64,000 nt of DNA from positions 1,178,001 through 1,242,000 of the forward strand of contig OZ287073.1 in assembly GCA_965645245.1 (NCBI GenBank), read 5' to 3'. Positions 23,423-36,109 of the stretch are shown here, piece by piece (position 1 is the stretch's first letter; each line of letters opens with the position of its first letter). Made by a program: the position numbers and the translations under genes. This DNA comes from Massalongia carnosa. Its lineage: Eukaryota. The notes beneath the pieces are model-generated. The model was not told the origin of the DNA. It saw nothing but the letters and a program-made list of their open reading frames with translations, and did not search any database.

Positions 23423-25637
23423 ATGGCCGGCCTGAAGCGTAAAGACGCTCCGACTATGAAGTCTACAGGGGGCAATATACATAAAAAGTCCAAGAAAGAA
23501 GTGCCGCCTTCCAAAAAGTCCCAGGCTTCTGTTCAAGTACTGGAGACCGAAACGGATTCGGATCCAGTTGTCGAGTCAGATACTACTGAGCACAGTGGCG
23601 ATAACGATGGCGTTAGTTGGCCATCAGATGACGATCAGGCGACCAATGAGGATTCGGTAGATGGTGAGAGAGATCCTGCTGGGAAGGTTGGGAAAACTTT
23701 AGATGAAAAAGCAGCGCCTTCAAGACAACCAGGCTCTGGTAGCGGCGGGAACAATGGTAGGCTCCTTTACGAAAACTGAGTATCACTGCTGACTTTACCT
23801 AGGCAGTTCGTCCAAGGAAGCCCACGCAAAACAGAAAGCTGTGGCTCAAGAACGCAAAGCAGCAAAACCTAATGCTGATTCCATTGCTCGCTCAAAAAAG
23901 ATCTGGGAGCGGTTGCGCAGGAAGTCCCATGTGCCGCTGGCGGAGCGAAAAGAGCTGGTGGCCGAATTGTTCGAAATAGTCACTGGCCGTGTCAAGGATT
24001 TTGTGTTTAAGCATGATTCCGTCCGAGTGATCCAGACGGCGCTGAAGTACGCCAACATCGACCAACGGAAAATGATCGCAAGTGAATTGAAGGGCGAATA
24101 CAGGGGGCTGGCTGAGAGCCGCTACGCAAAGTTCCTGATCGGCAAACTTTTGGTTCACGGCGACACGGAAGTTAGGGATATGGTGGTGCCGGAGCTTTAT
24201 GGTCACGTTCGGCGGATGATCAGGCATCCTGAAGCATCTTGGATATTGGATGACATTTACCGCGGGGCCGCAACCCCAACGCAGAAAGCGAATCTTCTTC
24301 GCGAATGGTACGGTGCGGAGTTTGCTATTTTCAAGACGGGAGGGGAAACCTTACCTTCATCGAATTTGAAGGATTTGCTGGCGGGGCATCCAGAGAAGAG
24401 AACTCCAATCATGCGCTCCTTGCATGATCTGATCAATGGTCTGGTGCAGAAAAAGACCACGGGCTTCACCATGTTGCATGATGCCATGCTAGAATACTTC
24501 CTTAACGTGCAACCTGATAGTGAGGAAGCAAGAGAGTTCATCGAGCTCCTGAAAGGCGATGAAGAAGGAGATCTCCTGAAAAACCTTGCCTTCACAAAAG
24601 CTGGCGCTCGCGTCGTCTGCCTGGCCCTGGCACATGGCAGCGCAAAAGACCGCAAGCAAATCCTCAGAACCTACAAAACCATCATCCAAACCCTTGCCTA
24701 CGACGCGTGCGGTCATCAGGTCCTCCTCGCCGTCTACGATCTCCTTGACGACACCGTCCTAACTGCCAAATCCGTCTTCCCGGAACTCACCGGCAAAGAC
24801 CCCGTCCTGTCCGAAGCCCAGACCCAGACCCTCCTCGCCTCGGCCGTCCATCTTAACGCACGTATTTCCCTTCTTTACCCCTTCTCCGGCATCTCCAAAG
24901 CCATCCTGCCAGAAGAGGACTTGACCATTCTCGCCGAAATCCACAGCATCCGTACCAAAACCTCCAAAAAGAACCCTGAACTCCGACGCAACGAGCTCGC
25001 CGCCTCACTTTCGCCGCCTCTGCTCTCCTTCATCGCCACCAGCGCCGATTCTCTCGTACAATCGAGCTTCGGCTGTCAGTTCATCACCGAAGCCCTCTTG
25101 GGCGGCACTGGCGACAAACAAGCAGCCCTTGCTGCAGTGGCAGCGCTCCCGCGTGGAAGCTCGGAAGCGCAATCCGCCCTCGCCACACCTGCGGCCGGAC
25201 GAATGCTCAAGACGCTTGTGCAGGGCGGGCGCTACAACCCGAAACTCCACGCCATCGATCCCGTTAATCCGCCGCTCGGATTCCACAATTTGCTGTACGC
25301 CAGCATCAAAGACGACATAGTGGAATGGGCCATGGGTAGCAACTCGTTCGTCGTGCTGGGATTGTTGGAAGCGGATGGGTTTTCTAAACGCGATGCGCTG
25401 ACGAAGCAGTTGCGGAAGCAGAGAGCGCGGTTACTGGAAGCGGCAGCGACTGAGCCGATCGTGGGTGGTTGCGGTGGCGCTGCTGCTGCTGCTGCTGCTG
25501 GGGGTGAACCAGGAACGGTGCATGGGCAGCAGCAGAAGAAGGGGAAGGGTAAGAGTACGGTAAGGGCGAGGGCAGGGGCGGGGGTAGCCGTAGGGAATAG
25601 GGGCACGCAGCTTCTACTAGGAAAACTTGACGAGTAA
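23423..25637 (+). CDS. PUF6: Pumilio-domain ribosome biogenesis protein Puf6
   Basis: MAGLKRK start, one intron near 23757-23802, then AQERKAAKPNADSIARSKKIWERLRRKSHVP, FVFKHDSVRVIQTALKY, LAESRYAKFL and LKNLAFTKAGARVVCLALA. Confidence 0.9.
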
Positions 25638-26367
25638 ATAGAACGAACGAAAAAAAAAATTTGGGAATTTAGGATTCTGCCCCGTTGCTCTTTAATTGGT
25701 AGGGAAAACCCCCTCCCTCCCATATACTTTATGCCCAATTCCTTTAAATTACCCCCCTCCCAACCAACAGACAACAACTCTTTTTCGGTTTTTTTCATCC
25801 ACATACGTAGATGTAACTATCTACCTATCCGTACTGTCCATCCTCCCCCCCCACTAAACCATCAGAGCACTGCACATAACTATGCCAAAACAAAAAAAAA
25901 GAAGCAGCTTTGATTCGATCCCCTTTCTCGTTCCCACGCGCGCGCGTATGGGGGTTTTTGCTGGGTTGGGTTGGGTTGGATGGATTGATGGGTTGAATGA
26001 TGAGACGAGGAAGACAAAGATTATCGAGTCTCCAGTGCTCATCCCGAAATGGCCCGGCCAAACATCGCTCAGGCACAACCCTGATAAGAAGAAGAAGAAG
26101 AAACTGTCTTAAAAATGTCTAACATCATCAATGGAGAATACTCCATCTACCACGACGACGACGACGACAACAACAACAACAACAAACGAGGTAGTTAATA
26201 CGCGATCAGCAACCCCCCAAAAAAAGTTCCTTTCCTATTCGCTCGCGCGCCGAGTTATTGTATACTTAAAGTAGTTTACGACGAGCCGATTCGTATGTAA
26301 AGAAGGGGGATGGGGGGGGGTTTGGCGGGGTTGGAGAATTTGAGAATTGGAGTGCGGATAGTTGGTA

Positions 26368-27705
26368 CAGTCCCGGGCCAAAAGTCTGCGGCCCAACCCG
26401 TAATTTTCGTGATTTCGCGTTTTCAACTCATCAACCCCCCATCTTCCACCTCATCATTTCACCATGCTTCGTGCTTCTTTGACCCCCATAAGTGGTAATC
26501 GGCCTCGTAACACTGAATTGACGCCATATCAACGTGGTATGATTGTTGGGGCCCAAGCGTTGGGGCACACACCGACCGAGATTGGGAAGACTCTTAATTT
26601 CACTAAATCGACCGTGCAGAGCACCATTCAGAAGCACTCAATTCGCAACGACGGCGTGTCTAAATCACGTTCTGGACGGCCTGAAGTGCTGTCAGAACGC
26701 GATCGACGTTATATCATCAAGCATGCACGAATCAATCCACGAATCACTTATGCACAAATCAAACTAGAAGTGGGGCTCGGCTGCAGTCGTACGACTATTT
26801 ATCGGGCACTCAAACTGTATGGTTTAACCAACTGGGTGGCTAAAAAACGACCTTTATTGACGCCTGAGGTGGCCAAGAAACGATTGGATTGGTGCTTGCT
26901 GCGGCGTGAGTGGACTTTTGAGCAGTGGTCAAGAGTTATATGGTCAGATGAGTGCTCGGTGGAAAAGGGGTCAGGAAAACAGCGTCAGTGCGTGTTCAGA
27001 TTGCCGAAAGAAAAATGGAATAAAGAGATGATACAACCTGTCCCCAAAGGCAAAGGAGTCAGTGTCATGGTCTGGGCAGCTTTTTGGGGAGATGACAGGT
27101 CAGATCTTTACAAATTGGCTCGTGATTTTGCTGCGAAGAAGATGGGGTACTCGGCGAACTCATATATGGAATTATTGAACGATAATCTGCTTGGAATTTG
27201 GCAACCGGGCCTCATTTTCATGCAGGATAACGCACCTATACATAAGGCTAAAAAGGTGATGGAATGGTTCAATGAGAACGGCATAGAGGTCATCGATTGG
27301 CCCCCCTATTCACCTGATTTAAATCCTATCGAGCACGTTTGGTATGTGCTCAAAAAGCTCGTCTATCAAGTCAACCCGAACATAGATTTGGTGAGCGGCA
27401 GTGATGAAACTGTTCGTGAGGTACTTTGGAAAGCGTTAGAAGAAGCCTGGACGTTGATAGATGTGAAAATGATGAGGAGGTTAATAGAGAGCATGAATAG
27501 GAAGATAAAAGCGTGTATAGCGTCGGAAGGATGGTATACTAAATATTAAAAATCAATTTTTAGGGGAATTCGTGTTTAGTATGTATGTAATCATTATGTA
27601 AAGTTTCAAGACATTTCAGCAATCGTGACGTGGTTGATTGTTGATTGAATAGAATGATTGAAATGTTGGTGGGGTGCGGGGCCGCAGACTTTTGGCCTAG
27701 TACTG
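26368..27705 (+). mobile_element. Tc1/mariner DNA transposon, full length (1338 bp)
   Basis: 27-bp TIRs CAGTCCCGGGCCAAAAGTCTGCGGCCC and CAGTACTAGGCCAAAAGTCTGCGGCCC (24/27 identical), flanked by TA at 26366-67 and 27706-07. Confidence 0.95.
26464..27549 (+). CDS. Tc1-family DD34E transposase
   Basis: Uninterrupted 361 aa: HTH region with SRSGRP, then WSDE, FMQDNAPIH and WPPYSPDLNPIE, with 34 residues between the second D and E. Confidence 0.95.
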   Translation: MLRASLTPISGNRPRNTELTPYQRGMIVGAQALGHTPTEIGKTLNFTKSTVQSTIQKHSIRNDGVSKSRSGRPEVLSERDRRYIIKHARINPRITYAQIKLEVGLGCSRTTIYRALKLYGLTNWVAKKRPLLTPEVAKKRLDWCLLRREWTFEQWSRVIWSDECSVEKGSGKQRQCVFRLPKEKWNKEMIQPVPKGKGVSVMVWAAFWGDDRSDLYKLARDFAAKKMGYSANSYMELLNDNLLGIWQPGLIFMQDNAPIHKAKKVMEWFNENGIEVIDWPPYSPDLNPIEHVWYVLKKLVYQVNPNIDLVSGSDETVREVLWKALEEAWTLIDVKMMRRLIESMNRKIKACIASEGWYTKY

Positions 27706-30700
27706 TAGATGGCTAGCTGTTCGAAAGAAGAGGAAGAGGAGGAAAAAAAAGGGAAGAGGATATGTACGTATCTGTATGCTACTACTGGCTGATGGGATCC
27801 TGGGTGTTATAGCGTCTTCGCACTATGGTGCGGGTGTTTGGAGATGTGTAAAACACCGGGAAAAAGGGAAAAGGCTGTTGACATTGATGGTTACGTAAGA
27901 GAATATAGGGCATGTAATATGCAATCAGAAGAAGAAAATAGAAAGCTTACGTTTATGAGATTTTGTTTGAAATCGGCAGAAAAGAGCCCTCGAGGTTAGA
28001 TAGATCTCTCTCTGATCTTGTGATGACTTGATGGGTGTTTCAACATTGGTATTTAACAACGCAGAGAAGCTGTCGACGTTTGGTTGTTGCATGGATTGAC
28101 TGACCCTGGAAGCATGCAAGCTACCTCTCCCGTTCTTATGATTGGGACCGACCGCATCCATATCAACTGCACGTGCAGTAGCATTTTGTGTTCACCGTTT
28201 CCCAGCTCCGGCATCGTTAGTTAGTTCCTCTGATTTTGAACCGCGTCACATAGCCGGACTAGCTAGGGCGTGGTAACCATGGCCTTGCAAACACTGCCTG
28301 ATTAAATTAGTAGGGGCTAATTAGCCCTGTGAGATGGTCAAACTATTGCTAACGCTACCCCTTGATAACGTCGGGCGGAAAACCATTGTCGTGAGACTGT
28401 TAGAGTCGAGTGACGGTAATTGCTGTCAGCAAAGCAGCATTGGCGGTTCGGGCATCTCGGGCATGCGAGGATCGGTAACAATATCATCATTGCTGGCTTC
28501 TGTTATTGCTGTTGCTTTGTGATGCATGATCTGATTTCAGCCGTTCCGATATGGGAGATCGGAAAAGGCTTGCGCTCATGGTCTTGTAAAGTGCAATAGT
28601 TTGAGGATGCGTGGATCGAACAGGATCAAATTAGAAAAAAACGAGTTCCCTCCGTTATGTACGGGAGTTCCGCTCTGGTTGACGTCTACTGTGCTATCTG
28701 CACAATCTTTAATAAATGCAATCAGCCATGTTAGTCTTCTATAGGAAATTGGAATGCTCAGCCGATTCGAAGCCGATATGGACTCTATACCATCTAGTCG
28801 AAAGTGCGAGCGAGGTCGATGTATAACTCAGTCTACTCTAGATATGTCAGCGCTAGCTTAGAGTGGAACTAGATCAACCAGTTTTAAAGAGAAGGACGAA
28901 ATATGTATCTGAGTGACATGTGGCCAATGTTTTTGCATAGTTAGTAGATATATTATTTTATCCAACGGACAACCCATTGAGACGTACCACTCCCTAGTTG
29001 AATGCTGAAGCGTAGCCTAGATGATAATATAGGACAATACCTTACATGTATTGTTACATTCAATAACTCAATGCCATTATCATCATCCATGCGGGTAATA
29101 CGCACTGGGAATACATAACCGTGACTCGTGTTTCAGATCGTTGAGCTTATCCCGTCATAAAATAATGGTTCATGAGAGGCAGAAGATTATCTTCATGAAT
29201 GCTTTGAAATTTTTCCAGAAAACGAATAGAGGACTCTCCCGGTACGATCCGGTACGGTAGAATCTGGGTCAGGGGAAACGGTTCGTAGATGGAACGCCTG
29301 TCAGAGGTTGGCAAGCTTCTCGCCAGCGACGAAAATCTGTCAAGAAATAAAATTGTGCACATAAAGAAATATAGTCGAAGTACTGCCCCTGTATAAAACA
29401 ATGATTACTCTTATTCTCACCAAATACATCCATTGAACCACTCAACATGTCTCACAGAAGACATAAAATGTAAAACAATAACAGTTTCAACTGAATCACC
29501 TTCCCTGCTCAAACTATTCAGGACGACTCGACCACGAGAGTTAACCTCCAGGGCGTTAGATTAACCACCGAGGGGCAATAAAACGAAGACTTTGCTCCTT
29601 GACGTGGAGCCGCCGTTGTACAGCGGGTCCCAAAGACTACCTTCTTCTTTGTTTGTGGCCCATTCCTAACGTCTCCCCGTAAAACTACCTTCATTCTGGT
29701 TGAGTCCAGAATAGTGTTCTAGGAACCACTATTTGACCCTCTTGAGGGGATCTCTGCATCAGCTCGCTCGCTTTGTTGCAGGCTTCCCAGCTAATATTGA
29801 AAAGATTCCAGGAGAGAGGCGGCCGAAGACGATATAAGACGAGATTTTTTATTGTGAAGAGGCCAATAGGCTAGCTGCATTGACGGGCATGAATATAGAT
29901 CCCTGGCGTTATATTATGTAGGAGGGAAAGTTAAAGATTATAGTCCACACATCAGCGGCATCAGTGCCAAATGTCCCTCGTAGGCGATACAGCATGAGAC
30001 ATTTCGATCCAAAGCAGTGGGATCTTCCAGACTAACAATTCTGATATTTCTCGCTATTTCTCGCTACTTTCACATACATCAGTATCACGTGGCTTGGCCA
30101 TCTGACTCGCAGCAACGTCATTCAAGCTCCTGCTGTAGTCAACGATGAGAATGATGTAGACGCAAGAAACAATTGATTAATAGTCTGGGGAATCTTCCGG
30201 GGACCGATCACAGTATATAAGCAGAAGATCTTAAGTAGGTTGATACAGTAGCAAACGCCCATCACTGCATCAGGCATCCGACCACAGCTTCTGATCACTT
30301 TCGTTATCCATAACACTCGCAGCAGCAGCAGCAGCAGCAGCATTCTCTGGCACATGTATACTACACCGCACGTCGTACTCGCACTGAAATAACAAGACCG
30401 GATATTAGGGCGGCTGAACGATCTGCATGCTAACGTTAGTAGGGAACCTTGAGCTTCGATGGGAAGGAAAGAAGTCAAAAAGAAGATTACCGAAGTTTGA
30501 GAAGTCACCAAACTAGCTGCTCTGTAAGGGTCAAGATTTTTTTTTGCAGAAATACTTATTCTATACTCTGTACAGAGTATAGAGTACAGAATACCGATAT
30601 ACAGAATACCGAAATATAGAATTCCGAAATACAGTGTACAGACTTTCGGCATTGATCTAGTCACGTTACTCTAGGACCCGAAAAGGCTTAGTTAAGCCTA

Positions 30701-31044
30701 TGCGGCGGAAGGGAGACGGAGAGATTGAGAGACAATAGAAATCATTTTTGGTTCACTCTAGCCTCCCTCCCACCCACCAACTCGTTTCTATATTCATTCT
30801 TTCGTCGTATTCCTTTGCCAATTAAATAAGTGTTCAGATTTATCTCTCCTATTTGATGAGGAAAATTACTTCGCTGATCTGAAGTCGACACCTTCGTTTG
30901 CAGACACATCAACACCCGTTGACAAAGATCCTGCATCGCCCTAGCTGCGCTTCCCACCCTAATCTCAAACAAAACATGCGTTTTTGAATTGCAGGATCCT
31001 TGCGCAAAGCCGTTGACTTAATATTCCCCGTCGAAACGCCTAGC

Positions 31045-33707
31045 ATGACGGACCTCCACTCACCTACCCTCACCAATCCCGATATGATCTTGCCCTATGG
31101 CTCTCCCGTATCCGCGACATTCTCCTCGACTCCAAGGGAAACCTACCGTTTACCCATCCGACCGCGCACCAGTGGTAGCCCAAATTCCGGAGATGATGAG
31201 GAGGAGATCATGAGAAGAGGAGTGCGAAGATTGTTTGGCAATGGCGTGAAATCTCGGCGCGCCGATGCAGAATCGGCGCTGTCGCCTCATGAAGGGCGCA
31301 ATGGGAACTTGATGCATACGGACTCCAAGCTCTTGGAGCAGAACGGGCACAGGCAGGAAAGCTCTCTCCTCGCTTCGTCTCCTACCCTTCAGGTGATGCA
31401 TGATGATAAAAGCTCAAGCATTGCTGGATCAGACGACGTCGAGAATGACTACTGGGAAGGCTTCGACGGTCCGGAAATCGAATCGGTGATGGTCCCCAAC
31501 CATGGCAGCGGTCAGGAAAGTCTCAATGGTGACATAGGGTTGCCTGAGGAGATATCTACACTAGACCCTAGTGATCAAGCTGTTCGAGCAATCCTGGACG
31601 AAGACGAAAACGATCCCAGCTCCCATGCGGCCATGAGTAAAAGGGCCGAAAAAATTCTGGCAAACGCAAAGAAAAGGCTTCTGGTGAGTTTCCCGTAGAT
31701 CTGCACTTGCCCGCGAGCATTGCTAACAGGATCAAGACAATGGAAAGCAATCTCAATCGTGCACGCAATGGGCTTAGTAACCGGCCTTCGTCCTCAATGT
31801 CTTCATTCGCAAAGCATGACCACGAGCCCATTTCACTCTATGCAATTCCTGGAACGCGCGGAAGTCCTGATGGTCTCTCGTCTGCAAAGCACCGGCAGGG
31901 CACGTTAAATTTTGTTGCTGCAGGCAGCAAGGGACATTCCAGGGTGTTCAGCGAATCATCGGTACCTTCCTCCTTACACACCGGTGCTCGCGCTGAGGAA
32001 CCTGGGGCTGGTAATACCCAACCATCAGACGCTCAGGGCTCCTCAGGGGCGGACTCTGGACATGGAGACCAAGGTCACGGCACCTCGCGTAACTGGTTTT
32101 GGATGGGATTGAATCGCAACGCTGGCTCCGCCGGCCGTCATAACAATGCTCTGGAACCGCTTCATGAAGACGAACCGGCTCCTGCATCGTTCGATTCGCC
32201 TTCCCACAGAAGCAGTCCTCTCTCTTTGGAAAATCAACATCAGACGTCATCCGACAAACGTTCTTCGGACACATCTTCGTTGGATGTCGAGAAACCTGCA
32301 GCCAATGGACTGACTCGAGCTCGTTCGACCACTCAGATGCGTGACTTGCGGGATCAGATGCAGGACTTGAAAGGCAAAATCTCCAGTTTAAAGCAACGCG
32401 CTCGAGAGGATAGTTTGAGAAGGCGAAGCTTGCAGAGCCTGCGAACACCAAGTCCGTTTACAGCCGCCGAGCAATGGTATGCTGGAAGCCCTGGACAACA
32501 AATGGGCAACACAACGGTGATCACAAGCAATGTAGAGCGTAAGCGTTCGCTCTCGTTTGGAAGGAGGAAGGATAGAGACGTGGAGCCTCAGAGTTTGCGA
32601 ACCCTTTACCATAGCAAAGATGCACACAATGGGCCGGGTGGTCTTCTTGATTCTGAAGCATCTCCATATCAAAACGGGCCAGTTCTGGTCGATGCTTCGG
32701 ATAAGAGCCATACATCAATCCACGAAAGTATGATTGACGACGAGAACGAAACGGATAAGCCCAATGGCAGCTCTCGTCCTCTGGAACACCACGATTCTCC
32801 TCGCAGTTCCTATACCCTTGAAGACGGGGGTGTGCATGGCAATTCACCCGACCATGAGGATACAGATTTATCTTCCTCTCCGGTCGGCGAACGACACGAG
32901 GACCGCCCGGATGCATTCGACTATGAGAACTTCTACCTTCACAGCAGCATGGGTCACTATGCAAGGCGAGGGGATATCAGCCGCAGCCGCAGCAGCAGCC
33001 AGAGCTCGATCTATTCGGTGGAAACGGCCAAACCATTCAATGATCTTGCCCAAGAGTTCCACAACGCCAACCATTATGATCACGGCTCGCCCGCCAGGCC
33101 ATCAGAAGACGATGACCACTCCCGCTTCAACGGCCACATCAGGCAAAGCAGCGGCGAGTCGATATCAACGATCGCCACATTTGCCACGGCTACGGAAGGT
33201 GGCCGGGTGGACGACGAGGGCGAGGACGATGATTATACCAACGGGCATCCAATGGCGGGCTCATGGCAACCCGACTATCCATCCAAGCGCCAATTCCATC
33301 TCGACGGCCGCAACGCCCCTCCCTTCAGCAAGCCACGACCCACCATAGACACGAAACAGGTCGCGGCCCCCCCGCACTCGCCCATCCGCACCGCTCCCAT
33401 CACCCCTACGCAATCTCGCCCTCGGAACCTGCTATCCTCGCCTTCGGCGACTTCGTCCCCGCTCGACATCCTGTCCGCCCTCACGGGATCCTCCCCCTCC
33501 ACCGATGGCGCACCGAGCAAGGCGCTCCAGCTCGGCGATCGCGACAAAGAGCTTGTGGAGCGGCTGATCCAGAGTCTGTCCAAGGTATGCTTGCAGCTGC
33601 ACGCGGGCAACGTGGAGGGGAGCAAATACGAGGGTCGCGTGTGGCGTCGACGACTGGACGCCGCGCGGAGGGTGTTGGACGGCGAGGTCAACGGGGAGGC
33701 GTTTTGA
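31045..33707 (+). CDS. Conserved fungal hypothetical, low-complexity protein with coiled coil
   Basis: Two ORFs joined by intron 31684-31736 (GTGAGT..GCTAAC..AG). Conserved-looking blocks SPTLTNPDMILP, RAEKILANAKKRL.MESNLNRAR, STTQMRDLRDQMQDLKGKISSLK and RHEDRPDAFDYENFYLHS. Confidence 0.75.
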
Positions 33708-34040
33708 AGCGGGGGGGGGGGAAAGCAATGTTTCCCGATACCTCGGGCGCTCGATTTTGTAAATTCCCACGAATTGGAGGGAGGGAGAGGACTGTACATG
33801 ACGAATGACACGATCACATATCCACCACTCCCTCGCTTCGCTCCTTCCATCATTCCACCATCCTTCGCGTCATCTCGAGCTAGGGCAGATACTGCACCTC
33901 CGCGACGAACTCGAACCTAGCAACGAGATTCCTACATGTACTCCATAACGATTGTTGTTGTTCCCCACGGATGTCTGAACATATAGCTTTCATATACGAC
34001 CTCTAGGTCTTTCCGTACGTAGCGAGGTACCTAATGTTAC

Positions 34041-34663
34041 TACACTTTGCCAAATGGTGTGCCCGAACTTTGAACCCCGAAACTGCGCGGTACAAAAACA
34101 ATATAATAATAATCCGCGGCCGTTCAGATTTTGATGCAAGAATAACAGCAGTCACAGATGAAGTGTTAAATTAATTAAATGCTAAATGATGTAGCAAACG
34201 ATCTTTGCATGCATCAATATAACTATGATCTTTGCAGACTGCGGTGATAGATAATCAGCAATTCCAGGAGCAGATGAAATAGCAGATGCGCAGCAACTGA
34301 GCAACAAATGAAGTACTAGGTGGCCAGCAAATGAAGTGGTGCATATGATTTTATAGAGGACAGCATTTGTTGTTTAATTTACTGTTACCTCACTTGCTAT
34401 TCTCTTTACTACCTACCTAATACTCCATTCTACTTCATGAGTTGCTGCGCATCTGCTATTTCATCTGCTACTAGAATTGCCGATTATTTCCCATCGCAGT
34501 CTGCAAAGGACATATACATGTTTTTTTTTTCTCGAAAATCATATCACCGATACATGCGAAGATCATTTGTTGAATACTTGAATTGTTATTTGATTTGTGA
34601 TTTAGTTCAGTCGCTTATCTCTTTTTATATTTACGTGCAGTTTACACCATTTTGCAAGGCGTA
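34041..34663. mobile_element. Non-autonomous foldback/MITE-like element with nested inverted repeats
   Basis: Outer IR 34041-34060 vs 34644-34663 (17/20, TA ends). Middle IR ~34193-34215 vs ~34549-34571. Inner 75-bp IR 34224-34298 vs 34440-34514 with a perfect 30-bp core. Confidence 0.7.
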
Positions 34664-35313
34664 ACTCGTCGGCTCGTACTCTAGCATCCCGTACCGAGTA
34701 CCTTGTACTTTACTAGTACGACACGTAAACAATCGAGAGTTCGATAGGGAGCTAGTGTGGCGGGGGACACATGGGCGGAGCCGGCTTACGGGTGGTGCTC
34801 GGCTTCAACTGCCATTCGCCATTCGCCATTCGCCATTTGCCATTCACCCAACCCGACCGTTTTTTTTTCTTTTCCTAGTCAACGTTATCACCTTTCGTCT
34901 TCAGGGGTTTAGATTTCCGGCCGATGCGCTCATTCGTTTTCGTCCGATACCGACGAGGATTAGGGATTAGGGCTGGTGGAGATTGGACGGACGACGAGGA
35001 GAGAAAGCAGGTTTTTGGTTGGGGATTGAAGGCTTTTTTTGGTACAGAGTAACTGTTTCAATTAAATTGATTGGATTGAGTTGATTGAATTACAGAGTGT
35101 CGCCTCGAGATACACCTGACTGTTCCATTCTCGTTGGGGCTAACTTAGTTCTGGGGTAATAGTACTTACTACGGAGAACGGCACACGGTTTTCGAACGAA
35201 TGCTTGTGGTGTCGCCATGGATCGACGAGAGTGGACGATGAAAAGATGAGATGCCGCAATTGCGGGATCGCGTATCGATCGATTCAGGGATCTGGCGTCT
35301 AGGGTTTGTGATT

Positions 35314-35361
35314 GGCATCGGCATCGGCATCGGCATCGGCATCATCATCATCATCATCATC
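35314..35361. repeat. Compound microsatellite (GGCATC)5(ATC)6
   Basis: Directly visible tandem repeat. Confidence 0.85.
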
Positions 35362-36109
35362 GAGCCGATCCACGACCATCCCTAGCTAACGCTAACTACT
35401 CTGTACCGGGAAATCATTGGATGCCATTCAAGATCTAATCTACCGAGCATCGATGACGCGTTTGTTGGCAACTGAACAGCATCATCCTCTCCCTCCGTCT
35501 CCCTTCTCGTTCATCCGTCGACGTTTCTATTCTTATGGTACGGAGACCTTGTACGGAGTAGTTGTACGCGAGTACTAGTAGACTCGAGCCTTGACGTCTC
35601 TCGTTCGCTTGGCTTCGTTCGGTTCGTGCGGTTCGTGTCATTCATGCAGCGACATGGTGGTTGATACTCCACGTGATGCCTGATGGCGGATGTTGACATG
35701 GGAAAAAAACCCCCAAAAAAGAGAGAAAAAAGGGCACAAGCGTCAAGAACCACCACACTCACCATACACACTCTCTGCGGAGGTACTCTGTACTCAGCTG
35801 CAATCTCTCATGGTGGCTTGGATACCTGACTTGCCTCCCTGGTGGAGAGATCTCCCATCGTGACGAAGTTACACACCATGGGACATTTTGCTTGCACCCT
35901 CGCTCGTTTGGCTTTAACTACTGTGTAAGTAGCTACGATCGGATCCGGGTCGTCTCGTGGACGAACTAGGGTTTGGTAGCCGTGGCCGGAGTTGGCCCCG
36001 TCTCGCTGTGCCGTCTTTCATGCAATCCAATGACGATGCGTTAGATTTTTTTGATTCTTTGCTGCTGTTTGATCGCATTTGCCCGTTTGCGTTGGAAAAC
36101 CTACCGGTC

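Noticed and set aside
25640..26365. Simple repeats (AAG, ACG/ACA, homopolymers) left of the Tc1 element
   Set aside because: Ordinary slippage repeats outside the TIRs; not an array with spacers.
34958..34973. TTAGGG-like pair
   Set aside because: Only two units separated by a base; too short for an interstitial telomere call.
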